Positions 1 through 8,919 of a DNA stretch of 47,608 bases are shown piece after piece. Within the stretch, counting starts at the first letter, position 1; each line of letters opens with the position of its first letter. The stretch is taken from positions 1-47,608 of the IMG/VR virus record IMGVR_UViG_3300049437_000015; one strand, given 5' to 3'. The notes beneath the pieces are model-generated. The model was given only the letters and a program-made list of their open reading frames with translations, ran no database searches and was not told where the DNA came from. This stretch comes from a virus. Taxonomy: Duplodnaviria > Caudoviricetes. The position numbers and the translations under genes were made by a program.

Positions 1-47
1 GTCGAAAAATTGATTTGACTTTATTTATTTTGAATTGGTGAAAATGA

Positions 48-2168
48 ATGGCAATTGGAACGCTGTCGCATAATGAGGATATGGCACAGCGAGAGCGAGA
101 AAAGTCAATTCATCGCCGTGAAATTGCATTGCTTTACGAGGATAACCGGGACTGGAAAGAATGGGAGAAATGTAAGTTCGATTTAGAAAGATATCTTCGC
201 ACTATTTACCCAAAGGCGTTCGACAAGCCTTTTTCTCGCGATCATAAAAAGGCAATTGGTAAAGCTGAGTCAATCGCAATCAATGGAGGACAGCACGCTT
301 TGGCGATGCCCCGAGGTTCAGGCAAAACGACTATCTATGAAAGGACCATGATCTGGTCGCAATCTTACGCTCATCGCCGATTTGGTGTATTGATCGGCGC
401 AACCGAACGGGCGTCACTGAAGAATATGATGAAAATCAAAAACGAACTTCGGTGGAATGATTTACTGGCAACACAATACCCGGAGATCGCATACCCGATT
501 CGGAGATTGCAAAACGACGGCAAAAGAGCAAGGGGGCAATTATGGAACGGAGAGGAAACGCTGATCGAGTGGTCTCCAAATACGGTTCGGTTTGCGCAAA
601 TCCCGCCGGCGGTTGATCGTGGAAATGCTGGTGCAACCCTGCTCGTCGCCGCAATTACCGGAGCGTTCAAAGGACAGGCAGCACCATTGCGTGATGGGAC
701 AATTATACGGCCAGACTTTGTTCTGCTCGACGATCCGCAGACACGCGAGAGTGCGAAAAGCCTAATTCAGACAGGTGACCGTGAAGAGATCATAATGGGC
801 GACGTGCTTGGCCTTGCCGCACAATCTGAAAATATGGCATGTGCGATGGCGATCACGCCGATCTATCCGGGCGATTTGGCAATGCGATTTTTGGACAGAA
901 ATCTTCACCCTGAATGGCAGGGCGATAGGACCAGGATGGTATACTCTTTTCCATCAAATATGGACCTATGGGAGCAGTACGCGGAAGTCCGTTCAGACGA
1001 GCTAAAGAACGATGGCGATGGATCGAAGTCGAGGGAATTTTACATCAATCATCGAGATGCGATGGACGACGGGGCCGAGCTTTCGTGGCCAGAGAACTTC
1101 AGAAAAGGATATGTCTCTGCAATTCAAGATGCGATGGATCGGCGGTTTCGTTCTTACAACGCATTCATGGCAGAATATCAATGCGACCCGCTGGAAGATA
1201 CCGAGGGTCGCGGGTTCTCGATGACGGCCGCCGACATCGTTTCCAAGATCAACGGGTACAGGGCCGGAGTAGTGCCAAGCCAAGCGGAAATACTAACGGG
1301 TTTTATTGATGTTCACGGAGAAGTATTATTCTACTGTATTATCGCATGGAAGCCCGACTTTACGGGCTGGATCGTGGAATATGGAACATTCCCAAAACAA
1401 AACAGAAAATATTTTGCGCTGGCCGACGCCAATCCAATTATGAGCAAATACTTGGCGACGGAATATATCGAACTTCGCGGCCAAGCAACGGAACCAATCG
1501 TGGCAAAGGGATTGAGCCTACTCTTGGCCGACTTGACAGAACGAGAATGGAAAAAGGACGACGGCAACAGCATTACTCTTTCAAGACTGCTGATCGATAC
1601 TGGATGGAAGGACGAAATCGTTTACGGATGCATTCGGATGCTAAATCAAAAGCCTGTATCCTTGCCGATCGTTATGGGGTCAAAAGGCAAAGGCATTACC
1701 GCGACAAAAAAACCATTTTCGAGCTACACTAAGCATCCTGGTGATATTGTCGGCTCCCGATGGCGATCTCCAAAGCCTGAAAAAGGCAGGCAGCGAATCG
1801 TCCACATTGATACCAATTATTACAAATCATTCGTTCATTCAAGGTTATTTGTTCCGCTTCAAGCTTCTGGATCAATTTCACTTTTTGGCGAAGATCCACG
1901 CAAAGCGGATCACACGCTAATAAGCGAACACTTGACGGCTGAAATTCCAAAAGAGGTGTTCAGTAAAACAGATAATCAGACGGTAGTGGAGTGGCAGAAA
2001 AAACCAAACGCTGATAATCACTGGCTAGATTGCGTGGTCGGATGCTGTGCTGCCGCGTCATCATGCGGATGCGCTTTGCCTGAAGCAATGAGCGAAACTC
2101 CTAAAGTATCTCGCAAGGAAGCCGAGCAGGAATTCATGGCCTCGCTGAAACGACGGGGGGTCGTTTGA
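48..2168 (+). CDS. terL: Terminase large subunit (GpA-like)
   Basis: Walker A AMPRGSGKTT, Walker B-like FVLLDDPQT, C-terminal nuclease motif NHWLDC; 706 aa; upstream of portal. Exact start uncertain (ATG 48 or 81). Confidence 0.9.
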   Translation: MAIGTLSHNEDMAQREREKSIHRREIALLYEDNRDWKEWEKCKFDLERYLRTIYPKAFDKPFSRDHKKAIGKAESIAINGGQHALAMPRGSGKTTIYERTMIWSQSYAHRRFGVLIGATERASLKNMMKIKNELRWNDLLATQYPEIAYPIRRLQNDGKRARGQLWNGEETLIEWSPNTVRFAQIPPAVDRGNAGATLLVAAITGAFKGQAAPLRDGTIIRPDFVLLDDPQTRESAKSLIQTGDREEIIMGDVLGLAAQSENMACAMAITPIYPGDLAMRFLDRNLHPEWQGDRTRMVYSFPSNMDLWEQYAEVRSDELKNDGDGSKSREFYINHRDAMDDGAELSWPENFRKGYVSAIQDAMDRRFRSYNAFMAEYQCDPLEDTEGRGFSMTAADIVSKINGYRAGVVPSQAEILTGFIDVHGEVLFYCIIAWKPDFTGWIVEYGTFPKQNRKYFALADANPIMSKYLATEYIELRGQATEPIVAKGLSLLLADLTEREWKKDDGNSITLSRLLIDTGWKDEIVYGCIRMLNQKPVSLPIVMGSKGKGITATKKPFSSYTKHPGDIVGSRWRSPKPEKGRQRIVHIDTNYYKSFVHSRLFVPLQASGSISLFGEDPRKADHTLISEHLTAEIPKEVFSKTDNQTVVEWQKKPNADNHWLDCVVGCCAAASSCGCALPEAMSETPKVSRKEAEQEFMASLKRRGVV

Positions 2169-2362
2169 TGGGATGGAGCCGACCTACAGAGGAACAAAAG
2201 GTGGAGTTTATGAAGAAGCTCGAAAGTCCGGGCGGGGTGCAATGTCCCGATTGCGGCTGCCGAGATACGAAGGTGCGAAAGACTTTGCGAGGAGATGGGT
2301 TCATTCAACGGGCCAGGGTATGCCGTCACTGCGGCAAGCGTTGGCCGACTTTCGAGCAATAG
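2165..2362 (+). CDS. Small zinc-ribbon protein (Ogr/Delta- or NrdR N-terminus-like), candidate late regulator
   Basis: CPDCG...RARVCRHCGKRWPTFE; coupled to terL stop. Confidence 0.65.
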   Translation: MMGWSRPTEEQKVEFMKKLESPGGVQCPDCGCRDTKVRKTLRGDGFIQRARVCRHCGKRWPTFEQ

Positions 2363-2527
2363 GATTTTCATATGGCCATAAGAATTAGCCCACCGTCTTG
2401 GGCCTTGGAGCGATTGAAACAGTCCATCGACTATTGGCAGTCACTTGGTGCTGTTATCGATCACTGGGAATGGCGATATGATTGGAGTTTTGTACTCTAT
2501 ATTTACTAACTTTCTAAGGAGGAAAGC

Positions 2528-2890
2528 ATGCAAGATGGCAATTTGCGAAATGATGAAATGCGGATCAGATATGATCTGGAAATGTGGTCGCGGCGATCTA
2601 TGTCCGATCGCAATAGCGTTCTTACGGTGGCGAGAGAAAATGCAGTTGTCTCAACTTTTGTGCAAGCTTGGAGAGGCGGCGCAATCGATTGGGAAGGTGC
2701 TTTGACTCGAACGGTAATCGAGCTTGCAAGACAGAATGCGGAACTGTTGAAAAACGCCACCAAGTCCATCGAAAGAACTGCAAAATTCAATTTTGAATGC
2801 GCATCTTTTGATTTTAACGCATGGGAAGAAAAAATTCGCGCCGACGAGCGAAAGAAGATTTTAAGCGAACAGGATAACGCCAATGGCTGA
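2528..2890 (+). CDS. Hypothetical protein
   Basis: AAGGAGG SD before ATG; overlaps next ORF. Confidence 0.6.
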   Translation: MQDGNLRNDEMRIRYDLEMWSRRSMSDRNSVLTVARENAVVSTFVQAWRGGAIDWEGALTRTVIELARQNAELLKNATKSIERTAKFNFECASFDFNAWEEKIRADERKKILSEQDNANG

Positions 2891-3140
2891 TTTCGAAATC
2901 AATCTTGGGTATTGGACCGGACCAAAAGCAGCGGAGAAGATGCGGCGCGGTGATACGCTTTATTGGGACGATTTCGGAAAACCAGTTGACGGTCAAGAAG
3001 GGGCAGGATGTTTTACCATCGTTAAGAACGCTAAGCTCCCATGCGCATGCGTCAGAGAACCGGCCGACGTTGAAGACCGAACGGTAGATGTAATTTTTTT
3101 AGCAGGTCCGAAACAAATGGAACCACGGAAACACGATTAG
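2883..3140 (+). CDS. Hypothetical protein
   Basis: Coupled ORF with AGGA upstream. Confidence 0.55.
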   Translation: MADFEINLGYWTGPKAAEKMRRGDTLYWDDFGKPVDGQEGAGCFTIVKNAKLPCACVREPADVEDRTVDVIFLAGPKQMEPRKHD

Positions 3141-3149
3141 GAGGAAATC

Positions 3150-3515
3150 ATGGAGCGACGATGCGATAAATGCGAATGGTGCGGTTCTTTCGGTGTGCAT
3201 ATTTTTTGCTGTCGTTTTCCGCCTCCACATCCAGAGGTACAACCGGGCCATTCCTGCGGAGAATTCAAAAAACGAGAAGGTCCGCTTCATTGGATTCAGA
3301 AGGACACGACTACTCGTATTCGCGAAGAAGTATTCGATCACGCCTATACGCGGGGAGTGAGCGACGGGCGCAAGCTGGAAAGAGAAGACTGCGTATCGCT
3401 CGTCGAGGAGACGGGGTACGAGCGGCAAACCCCATATGGCACCGGGCTTTTGAGCCACGGCGATTACCAAAAGCTGATTGCATCATCCATAAGAAACAGG
3501 GAGAAAATGTCGTGA
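3150..3515 (+). CDS. Hypothetical Cys-rich protein
   Basis: AGGAGG SD; CDKC...CCRFPP...CGEF metal-binding pattern common in phage small proteins. Confidence 0.6.
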   Translation: MERRCDKCEWCGSFGVHIFCCRFPPPHPEVQPGHSCGEFKKREGPLHWIQKDTTTRIREEVFDHAYTRGVSDGRKLEREDCVSLVEETGYERQTPYGTGLLSHGDYQKLIASSIRNREKMS

Positions 3516-3820
3516 TTACAAAAAAACCGAAAATCGACTACGAACATAACGATACCGCGTTGACGCTCAATCCTTTCGAGGTATGCGACGAGCAAGACAG
3601 GTGCGGAACATTTACAAAAACGCATCCAGACGGATGGACGATTAGCGGAAAAGTTTGGGAGGATTATTTTTATTGGGTGAACGATTTTCACGCATGGCAT
3701 CCAACACTAGGACACGTTTGGGGTGATTTTGAAACTGAAGTTCAAGCCGACTCGGAAGAGGCGTTTGCTGATTTTTATTCCAAGCACACGCCGGAATCAT
3801 GGGACTATGCAGAGATTTAA
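3512..3820 (+). CDS. Hypothetical protein (GTG start inside ORF 3170..3820)
   Basis: GTGA overlap with previous stop; aromatic/acidic C-terminal part looks protein-like. Confidence 0.55.
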   Translation: MITKKPKIDYEHNDTALTLNPFEVCDEQDRCGTFTKTHPDGWTISGKVWEDYFYWVNDFHAWHPTLGHVWGDFETEVQADSEEAFADFYSKHTPESWDYAEI

Positions 3821-3851
3821 GGATACATATATCCCGATTCCCGTTTTTTTA

Positions 3852-3879
3852 TTGACACCCTTCAAAGCGGGTGTATAAC
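3852..3879 (+). promoter_or_regulatory. Sigma70-type promoter for the head/tail operon
   Basis: TTGACA (3852-3857), 16-nt spacer, TATAAC (3874-3879); T-rich upstream tract; inverted repeat ACACCC/GGGTGT overlaps it. Confidence 0.7.
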
Positions 3880-3940
3880 GACAACATGGGCGACGGCACG
3901 GAGTAATTAACCGCGTCGAAACCAGACAATACGAAACTTC

Positions 3941-3990
3941 AAGACGGCCATGTAGCGGCTACATCGTTACATGGCCGTCTTTCGTTTCTT
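3941..3990 (+). terminator. Long leader hairpin followed by U-rich tract (attenuator-like)
   Basis: Perfect 14-bp inverted repeat AAGACGGCCATGTA (3941-3954) / TACATGGCCGTCTT (3968-3981), then TCGTTTCTT. Confidence 0.6.
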
Positions 3991-4015
3991 GAGTCTCGCC
4001 CTCCTTTGAATCATC

Positions 4016-4222
4016 ATGGCCGACCCAACCACCATCGCCGAATCGATCGAACAGGCCGCGATTGCCGGAGTGCAAAGCGTCACCGTTGATGGCGTTTCCA
4101 CCACGGGAATGAGCATTGACGAGCGGATAAAGGCCGAACAGTTCGGTAAATCCCAAACGTCGGCAAATAAAAACCATTTCGGTTTACGCTTCGCGCAATC
4201 GAAGCCTCAGCACACGCAATGA
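4016..4222 (+). CDS. Head-tail joining protein (gpW-like)
   Basis: 68 aa, VQSVTVDG motif, immediately before a lambda-type portal. Confidence 0.65.
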   Translation: MADPTTIAESIEQAAIAGVQSVTVDGVSTTGMSIDERIKAEQFGKSQTSANKNHFGLRFAQSKPQHTQ

Positions 4223-5724
4223 GCATTTTGGGAGCGATCCGCCGAATCTTCAGCCGCGAACCTTCGCGGGCGGTGGATTATCCGCGCATGGTGCGAGGCA
4301 CATACGACGCGGCCCGAACCGGCGACCGAAACGAAAAACATTGGGTCGGTGCCGACTGCCTCGACGCCGACGCCGCTCATTCGCCTTCGATACGCCGGCG
4401 GATTTCCACCAGGGCGCGCATGGAAACCGGGAACAACGGTTTCGGCAAGGGTATCAATCTGACGCAGGCGAATTACGTCGTCGGACTCGGCCCCATGCTG
4501 CAAATGGGGACGCAGAATAAGCCCTTCAACGCGATGGTTGAAGCCCGATGGAAGTCCTGGGCGAAACGATCCGGGCTCGCTCGCAAGCTGCGGACGGCCT
4601 GCAAAGCCAAGGTATCGGATGGCGAATCGTTCATCATCGTCCGCGTGAATCCGAACATCGCCGACGCCGTGAAGCTCGATCTGGTCGGCATCGAATGCGA
4701 ACAGTGCGCATCGCCAAATCTCCCCTACGCCGAGCTGAACCGCATCGACGGCATCAAGTTCGACGAGTTTGGGAACGTCCTCTGGTACGAGGTTTTGAAA
4801 CGTCATCCCGGCGGCCAGTTCGCGATCTTCAACTCCGAAACCGAAAATGTTCCTGCCCGTTATATGCTGCACTGGTATCGAGAGGACCGGCCAGGGCAGC
4901 ACCGCGGCATCTCGGAAATCACTCCCACGCTCAACCGTTTCGCCGAGGATCGCCGCTATCGAGAGGCCACCATTGCGGCCGCTGAGAACATCGCGAATCT
5001 TTCCGTACTTCTCGAAACGCAGGGTATGCCCGACGACGGCCCGGACGCCTCGCCGCCGTTTCAAGCGTTTCCGATGGAACGCGGGATGATTACGCAGCTT
5101 CCCTACGGCCACAAAATGAGCCAGCCGAAATCCGAACAGCCGACAGCCGGTTATGGGGAATTCGTCGGCGCGCAAATCTCCGAAGAGGCCCGGCCGTTGA
5201 ACATGCCGCGCAACATCGCGGCTTGCGATTCGTCGGATTACTCGTTCTCCGGTGGACAACTCGACCACCTGACCTACTTCGTTTCCATCGACGTGGAGCG
5301 CGACGACTGCGAAAACATGGTCCTCGATAAGCTCTTTGAAGTTTGGTTCCCACTGGCCGTTGAGGCTTACGGCTGGACCGTTACGGATTCGCCCGTTCCT
5401 TCTCATTCATGGTCGTGGCCCGCCCGGCCGGTCATCGACGGCGAGAAGGTCGCCAATGCGAGCCGCACGAATCTTTCCACGGGCTGCGCAACGCTCCGTC
5501 AATTATGGGCCGCGCAAGGCCAGGACTTCGACGATGTTGTCACCGAAATGGCGAACGATTACGGCGTCAGCGAGGCGGAAGTCAAAAAGATTCTCATCGA
5601 CGCGATTTTCAAAAACGGCAATCCGCAAGGCCAACAGCCTGCGAAGCCGGAAGAGCTTCCGCCCAAGAAACAACCGGCCGCGAAAGCAAACGGACACAAC
5701 CGCCTAGCGGAGGTGCTGCAATGA
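4219..5724 (+). CDS. Portal protein, lambda family
   Basis: YDAA, DGESF, DGIKFDEFG, RPGQHRG and YSFSGGQLD motifs typical of lambda-type portals. Confidence 0.9.
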   Translation: MSILGAIRRIFSREPSRAVDYPRMVRGTYDAARTGDRNEKHWVGADCLDADAAHSPSIRRRISTRARMETGNNGFGKGINLTQANYVVGLGPMLQMGTQNKPFNAMVEARWKSWAKRSGLARKLRTACKAKVSDGESFIIVRVNPNIADAVKLDLVGIECEQCASPNLPYAELNRIDGIKFDEFGNVLWYEVLKRHPGGQFAIFNSETENVPARYMLHWYREDRPGQHRGISEITPTLNRFAEDRRYREATIAAAENIANLSVLLETQGMPDDGPDASPPFQAFPMERGMITQLPYGHKMSQPKSEQPTAGYGEFVGAQISEEARPLNMPRNIAACDSSDYSFSGGQLDHLTYFVSIDVERDDCENMVLDKLFEVWFPLAVEAYGWTVTDSPVPSHSWSWPARPVIDGEKVANASRTNLSTGCATLRQLWAAQGQDFDDVVTEMANDYGVSEAEVKKILIDAIFKNGNPQGQQPAKPEELPPKKQPAAKANGHNRLAEVLQ

Positions 5725-5912
5725 AGGCAGTCGTCTATATGCAGATTCACTGTCCGGCATGCAAGTCGATCATGCGCCGCGATGAATCGACTGATACGGT
5801 TTTTTGCGAATGGCCGCGTTGCGATTTGCGGGGAAAGCGATTTCAGGCCCCCACGGTCGATCTCAAACCAGTTTCGGAATTCGATTCGACCATCAAAGGT
5901 GACCCACAATGA
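5721..5912 (+). CDS. Small Cys4 zinc-binding hypothetical protein
   Basis: GGAGG SD, ATGA overlaps at both ends; CPAC...CEWPRC. Confidence 0.55.
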   Translation: MKAVVYMQIHCPACKSIMRRDESTDTVFCEWPRCDLRGKRFQAPTVDLKPVSEFDSTIKGDPQ

Positions 5913-7978
5913 GCAAACAAAGCAAACGCCGCCGACTCGCCATGATTCTCGCCAAAGCATCCGAGCATGTCATCGAGTGCGCATGCTCGCCCGTTGAATG
6001 GATTCAAGCCAAAGAAGGAGAGACGCATGCGGACGATTCGCCCAAGCGATTCAAGATGCGAGCCTACACCGGCGGCCCGATGCTTGTCGGCTACTACGGT
6101 TCGCCCGTCGTCATCGACATGGCCGGACTAACGGCGAAGGCCCCGCTGCCCATTTTGATGAATCACGACATGGGGCAAATCGTCGGTCATGCGGACGAAA
6201 TCGACGCAGGGGAATCGAATCTCGATCTATCGGGCATCGTGTCCGGCGCAACTCAATTTTCCGAGCAAGTCGTTGCCTCCTCAAAAAACGGCTTCCCGTG
6301 GAAAGCGTCGGTAGGCGCACGGCCCGACAAAATGGAATTCGTCGGCGAGGGCATCACGACGAAAGTCAACGGCAAAACATTCACCGGGCCGCTTTACGTG
6401 GCGCGGCAATCGACGCTGGGTGAAGTCTCGTTCGTCGCAATGGCGGCGGACTCGAAAACGAAAGTCAACGTTGCGGCATCCGCCGCGAATTTTACTGAAA
6501 GGAAGTCCAAAATGGACGAACAATTCTTGCAATGGCTCGAAGCCAGCGGATTCGATGCGGCGACCTTGACGGAAACGCAAAAGACCGCCCTCGAAGCGAA
6601 CTGGAAAAAGGCAACCTCGGCGGTCACTCCGGCCGAGCCGGCCAAACCCGTGGAAGCGAAGCCCGACCCCGTGGCCGAAATTCGCGCCGAGATGAAGCGA
6701 GTCGCCGACATTCAGGCGGCTTGCGTTCCGAACCCGGCCTACACCGCCGAGCAATCGAAGGCCGTGGCCGACATTCAGGCGAAGGCGATCGCCGAGAACT
6801 GGCTGCCGATCAAGGCCGAATGCGAAGTCATCAAGGCCACCTTGCCAAAAGGCCCGGCCATTCACGCTTCCACGCGGGAAGTCAACGGCGATGCGATTTC
6901 GGCCGCGTTCGCCATGTCCTGCGGCCTGAAAAAGTCGGAAGATCATTTCAAACCCGAAGTTCTGGAAGCCGCCTCGCGCCATCGCGGAATGGGCATCCAA
7001 GAACTTTTGCTGATCCAGGCGATGCAAAACGGCTACACCGGCCGGATGGCGATCACGCAGGGGAATGTCCGCGAAGTCCTTCGCGCCGCGTTCTCGACGC
7101 ACACGATCACCACGCTGCTTTCGACGACCGGCAACAAGGTATTGCTCGAAGGCTTCAACTCCATCCCGCAAGTCTGGCGGGAAGTCGCGGCCGTTCGCAG
7201 CGTCAGTGACTTCAAAGCCACCACCTGCTATCGCCTGACTACCGACCTCGAATACGAGGAAGTCGGACCGGGTGGCGAAATCAAGCATGGCACGATGGGC
7301 CAGGAGTCCTATACGCGGCAAATCCGCACGTTTGCGAAGATGCTGGCGATCACTCGCCAAGACATCATCAACGACGATTTGGGCGCGTTCGACGCGATCA
7401 AGCAACGCCTGGGCATCGGTGCCGCGATCAAGATCGACAACACGTTCTGGACCGTCTGGCTGGCTGCCCGCAATGGCGCGGCCTTCTGGACCGCCGCTCG
7501 TGGCAATCTCGTCGCCGGCGCGGCCCTCGCCGAGGCCGGCCTAAATTCCGCCGTGAAGGCTTTCCGTGACATGGAAGGCCCGGATGGCAACATGATGAAC
7601 CTGGAGCCGAAGTTGCTCCTCGTTCCGACCGCACTCGAAGCGACGGCGTTGAAGATTTACAGTTCGCAGGAAATCCGCGATACCACGGCCTCGACCAAGT
7701 ATCCGACCGCGAACATCTACCAGAATCGTTTCCGCCCGGTCACGGTTCCGCAAATGGGAAGCACGTCTTACACGGGCTACTCGGCCACCTCGTGGCACTT
7801 GCTCGCCGACCCGAACGTTTTGGCCTCGGCTGAAATGTGCTTCCTCGACGGCCAGCAATCGCCGACCATCGAATCGGCCGACGCCGATTTCGACACCCTC
7901 GGAATCCAGTTCCGCGGCTATCACGATTTCTATCCCAACATGAGCGAATGGCGAGCCTCGGTGGAATGCCAAGCGTAA
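5909..7978 (+). CDS. Prohead protease-scaffold-major capsid fusion (Mu gpT-like head domain)
   Basis: N-terminal HK97-type protease motifs (ILMNHD, WKASVG, GEVSFV), Ala/Pro linker, capsid motifs VSDFK, ITRQDIINDDLGAF, LLVPTALE. Confidence 0.88.
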   Translation: MSKQSKRRRLAMILAKASEHVIECACSPVEWIQAKEGETHADDSPKRFKMRAYTGGPMLVGYYGSPVVIDMAGLTAKAPLPILMNHDMGQIVGHADEIDAGESNLDLSGIVSGATQFSEQVVASSKNGFPWKASVGARPDKMEFVGEGITTKVNGKTFTGPLYVARQSTLGEVSFVAMAADSKTKVNVAASAANFTERKSKMDEQFLQWLEASGFDAATLTETQKTALEANWKKATSAVTPAEPAKPVEAKPDPVAEIRAEMKRVADIQAACVPNPAYTAEQSKAVADIQAKAIAENWLPIKAECEVIKATLPKGPAIHASTREVNGDAISAAFAMSCGLKKSEDHFKPEVLEAASRHRGMGIQELLLIQAMQNGYTGRMAITQGNVREVLRAAFSTHTITTLLSTTGNKVLLEGFNSIPQVWREVAAVRSVSDFKATTCYRLTTDLEYEEVGPGGEIKHGTMGQESYTRQIRTFAKMLAITRQDIINDDLGAFDAIKQRLGIGAAIKIDNTFWTVWLAARNGAAFWTAARGNLVAGAALAEAGLNSAVKAFRDMEGPDGNMMNLEPKLLLVPTALEATALKIYSSQEIRDTTASTKYPTANIYQNRFRPVTVPQMGSTSYTGYSATSWHLLADPNVLASAEMCFLDGQQSPTIESADADFDTLGIQFRGYHDFYPNMSEWRASVECQA

Positions 7979-8020
7979 GCCGGTTCGATCAACAATAACA
8001 TTTTTTGAAAGGATACGAAC

Positions 8021-8842
8021 ATGGCTCAAACGCCTGTCATCATTCGCGGAAACGGGATGAGCATCGACTACACCCCGTCGTCCGCCGTTGCCGCTGGTGC
8101 GGTAGTCGTTCAGGGTACGCTCGTCGGCATCGCCACGGAAGCGATTGTCGCGAACGCCAAAGGCTCGCTTTGCGTCTTTTGCCAAGCGACCGTTCCGAAA
8201 GACAACTCCAATATGTCGGCCGTCGGCACGGCGATCTATTGGGACGCCGACGGAAACCCATATGGCGGCGATTCCGGTAGCGGGTGTTTCACGACCACGG
8301 CGACTGGCAACACGTTCGCCGGTTGGTGCCTCGAAATCGCCGGAACCACGACCGGCACGGTGCTAGCTCTGATTCAATCGAGCTTCGCAGTTTCGGTTAC
8401 GACTTCCGACGCGTTGACCGACGTTGGCACCGTGACTTATGCAGCCGGCAGTCTGCTGGTTGGCGACGGCTCGAAGTTCGAGAACGTGGCTGTCAGCGGC
8501 GCGTATGCTTTGGCCGCGACCGGCGCGTTGACTTACAACTGCGCCACGAAGGCAGCCGCCGGAAGCACTCAGAGCGATGCCACGGCAATCACCGCTGAAG
8601 GCTTCTGCCTCGTTACCGCCGCCGACGCGACGAAAGGCGTAAAGCTCCCCGCCGCCGCTGCCGGGAAGCGAGTCACCGTCAAGAACAACGCCAACGCGGT
8701 TCTGAAAGTCTATCCGGCCTCCAGCGATGCGATCAACGCATTGTCTGCCGACGCCGCTCTGAGCATGGCCGCTTACACGTGCGCCACGTTCACTGCTTAT
8801 GACGCGACGACTTGGTACACCGAGCCGTTGCTGCCGAGCTAA
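8021..8842 (+). CDS. Capsid cement/decoration protein (DUF2190-like) with C-terminal extension
   Basis: SIDYTP..AVAAG.VVV...LVGIA and AIYWD motifs; directly after capsid; AAGGA SD. Confidence 0.75.
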   Translation: MAQTPVIIRGNGMSIDYTPSSAVAAGAVVVQGTLVGIATEAIVANAKGSLCVFCQATVPKDNSNMSAVGTAIYWDADGNPYGGDSGSGCFTTTATGNTFAGWCLEIAGTTTGTVLALIQSSFAVSVTTSDALTDVGTVTYAAGSLLVGDGSKFENVAVSGAYALAATGALTYNCATKAAAGSTQSDATAITAEGFCLVTAADATKGVKLPAAAAGKRVTVKNNANAVLKVYPASSDAINALSADAALSMAAYTCATFTAYDATTWYTEPLLPS

Positions 8843-8856
8843 CGTTTTTCTGCTCC

Positions 8857-8893
8857 CCGGCGGGTCGGGTTTCCTCCGTACCCGGCCTGCCGG
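8857..8893 (+). other. GC-rich intergenic hairpin
   Basis: CCGGCGGGTCGGGT pairs with ACCCGGCCTGCCGG between the two decoration paralogs. Confidence 0.55.
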
Positions 8894-8919
8894 TTCATAT
8901 ACCGCAAAGGAATTCGATC

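Noticed and set aside
15-45. Promoter upstream of terL (TTGACT at 15-20)
   Set aside because: No good -10 at 16-18 bp spacing, and too close to the window edge to judge
3858-3867. CCCTTCAAAG in the late promoter spacer matches an iteron-like unit at 33786
   Set aside because: A single 10-bp match can arise by chance in 47 kb
4207-7405. Long minus-strand ORFs (4207..5406, 6281..7405) and similar shadows elsewhere
   Set aside because: Antisense shadows of GC3-rich genes with no recognisable domains
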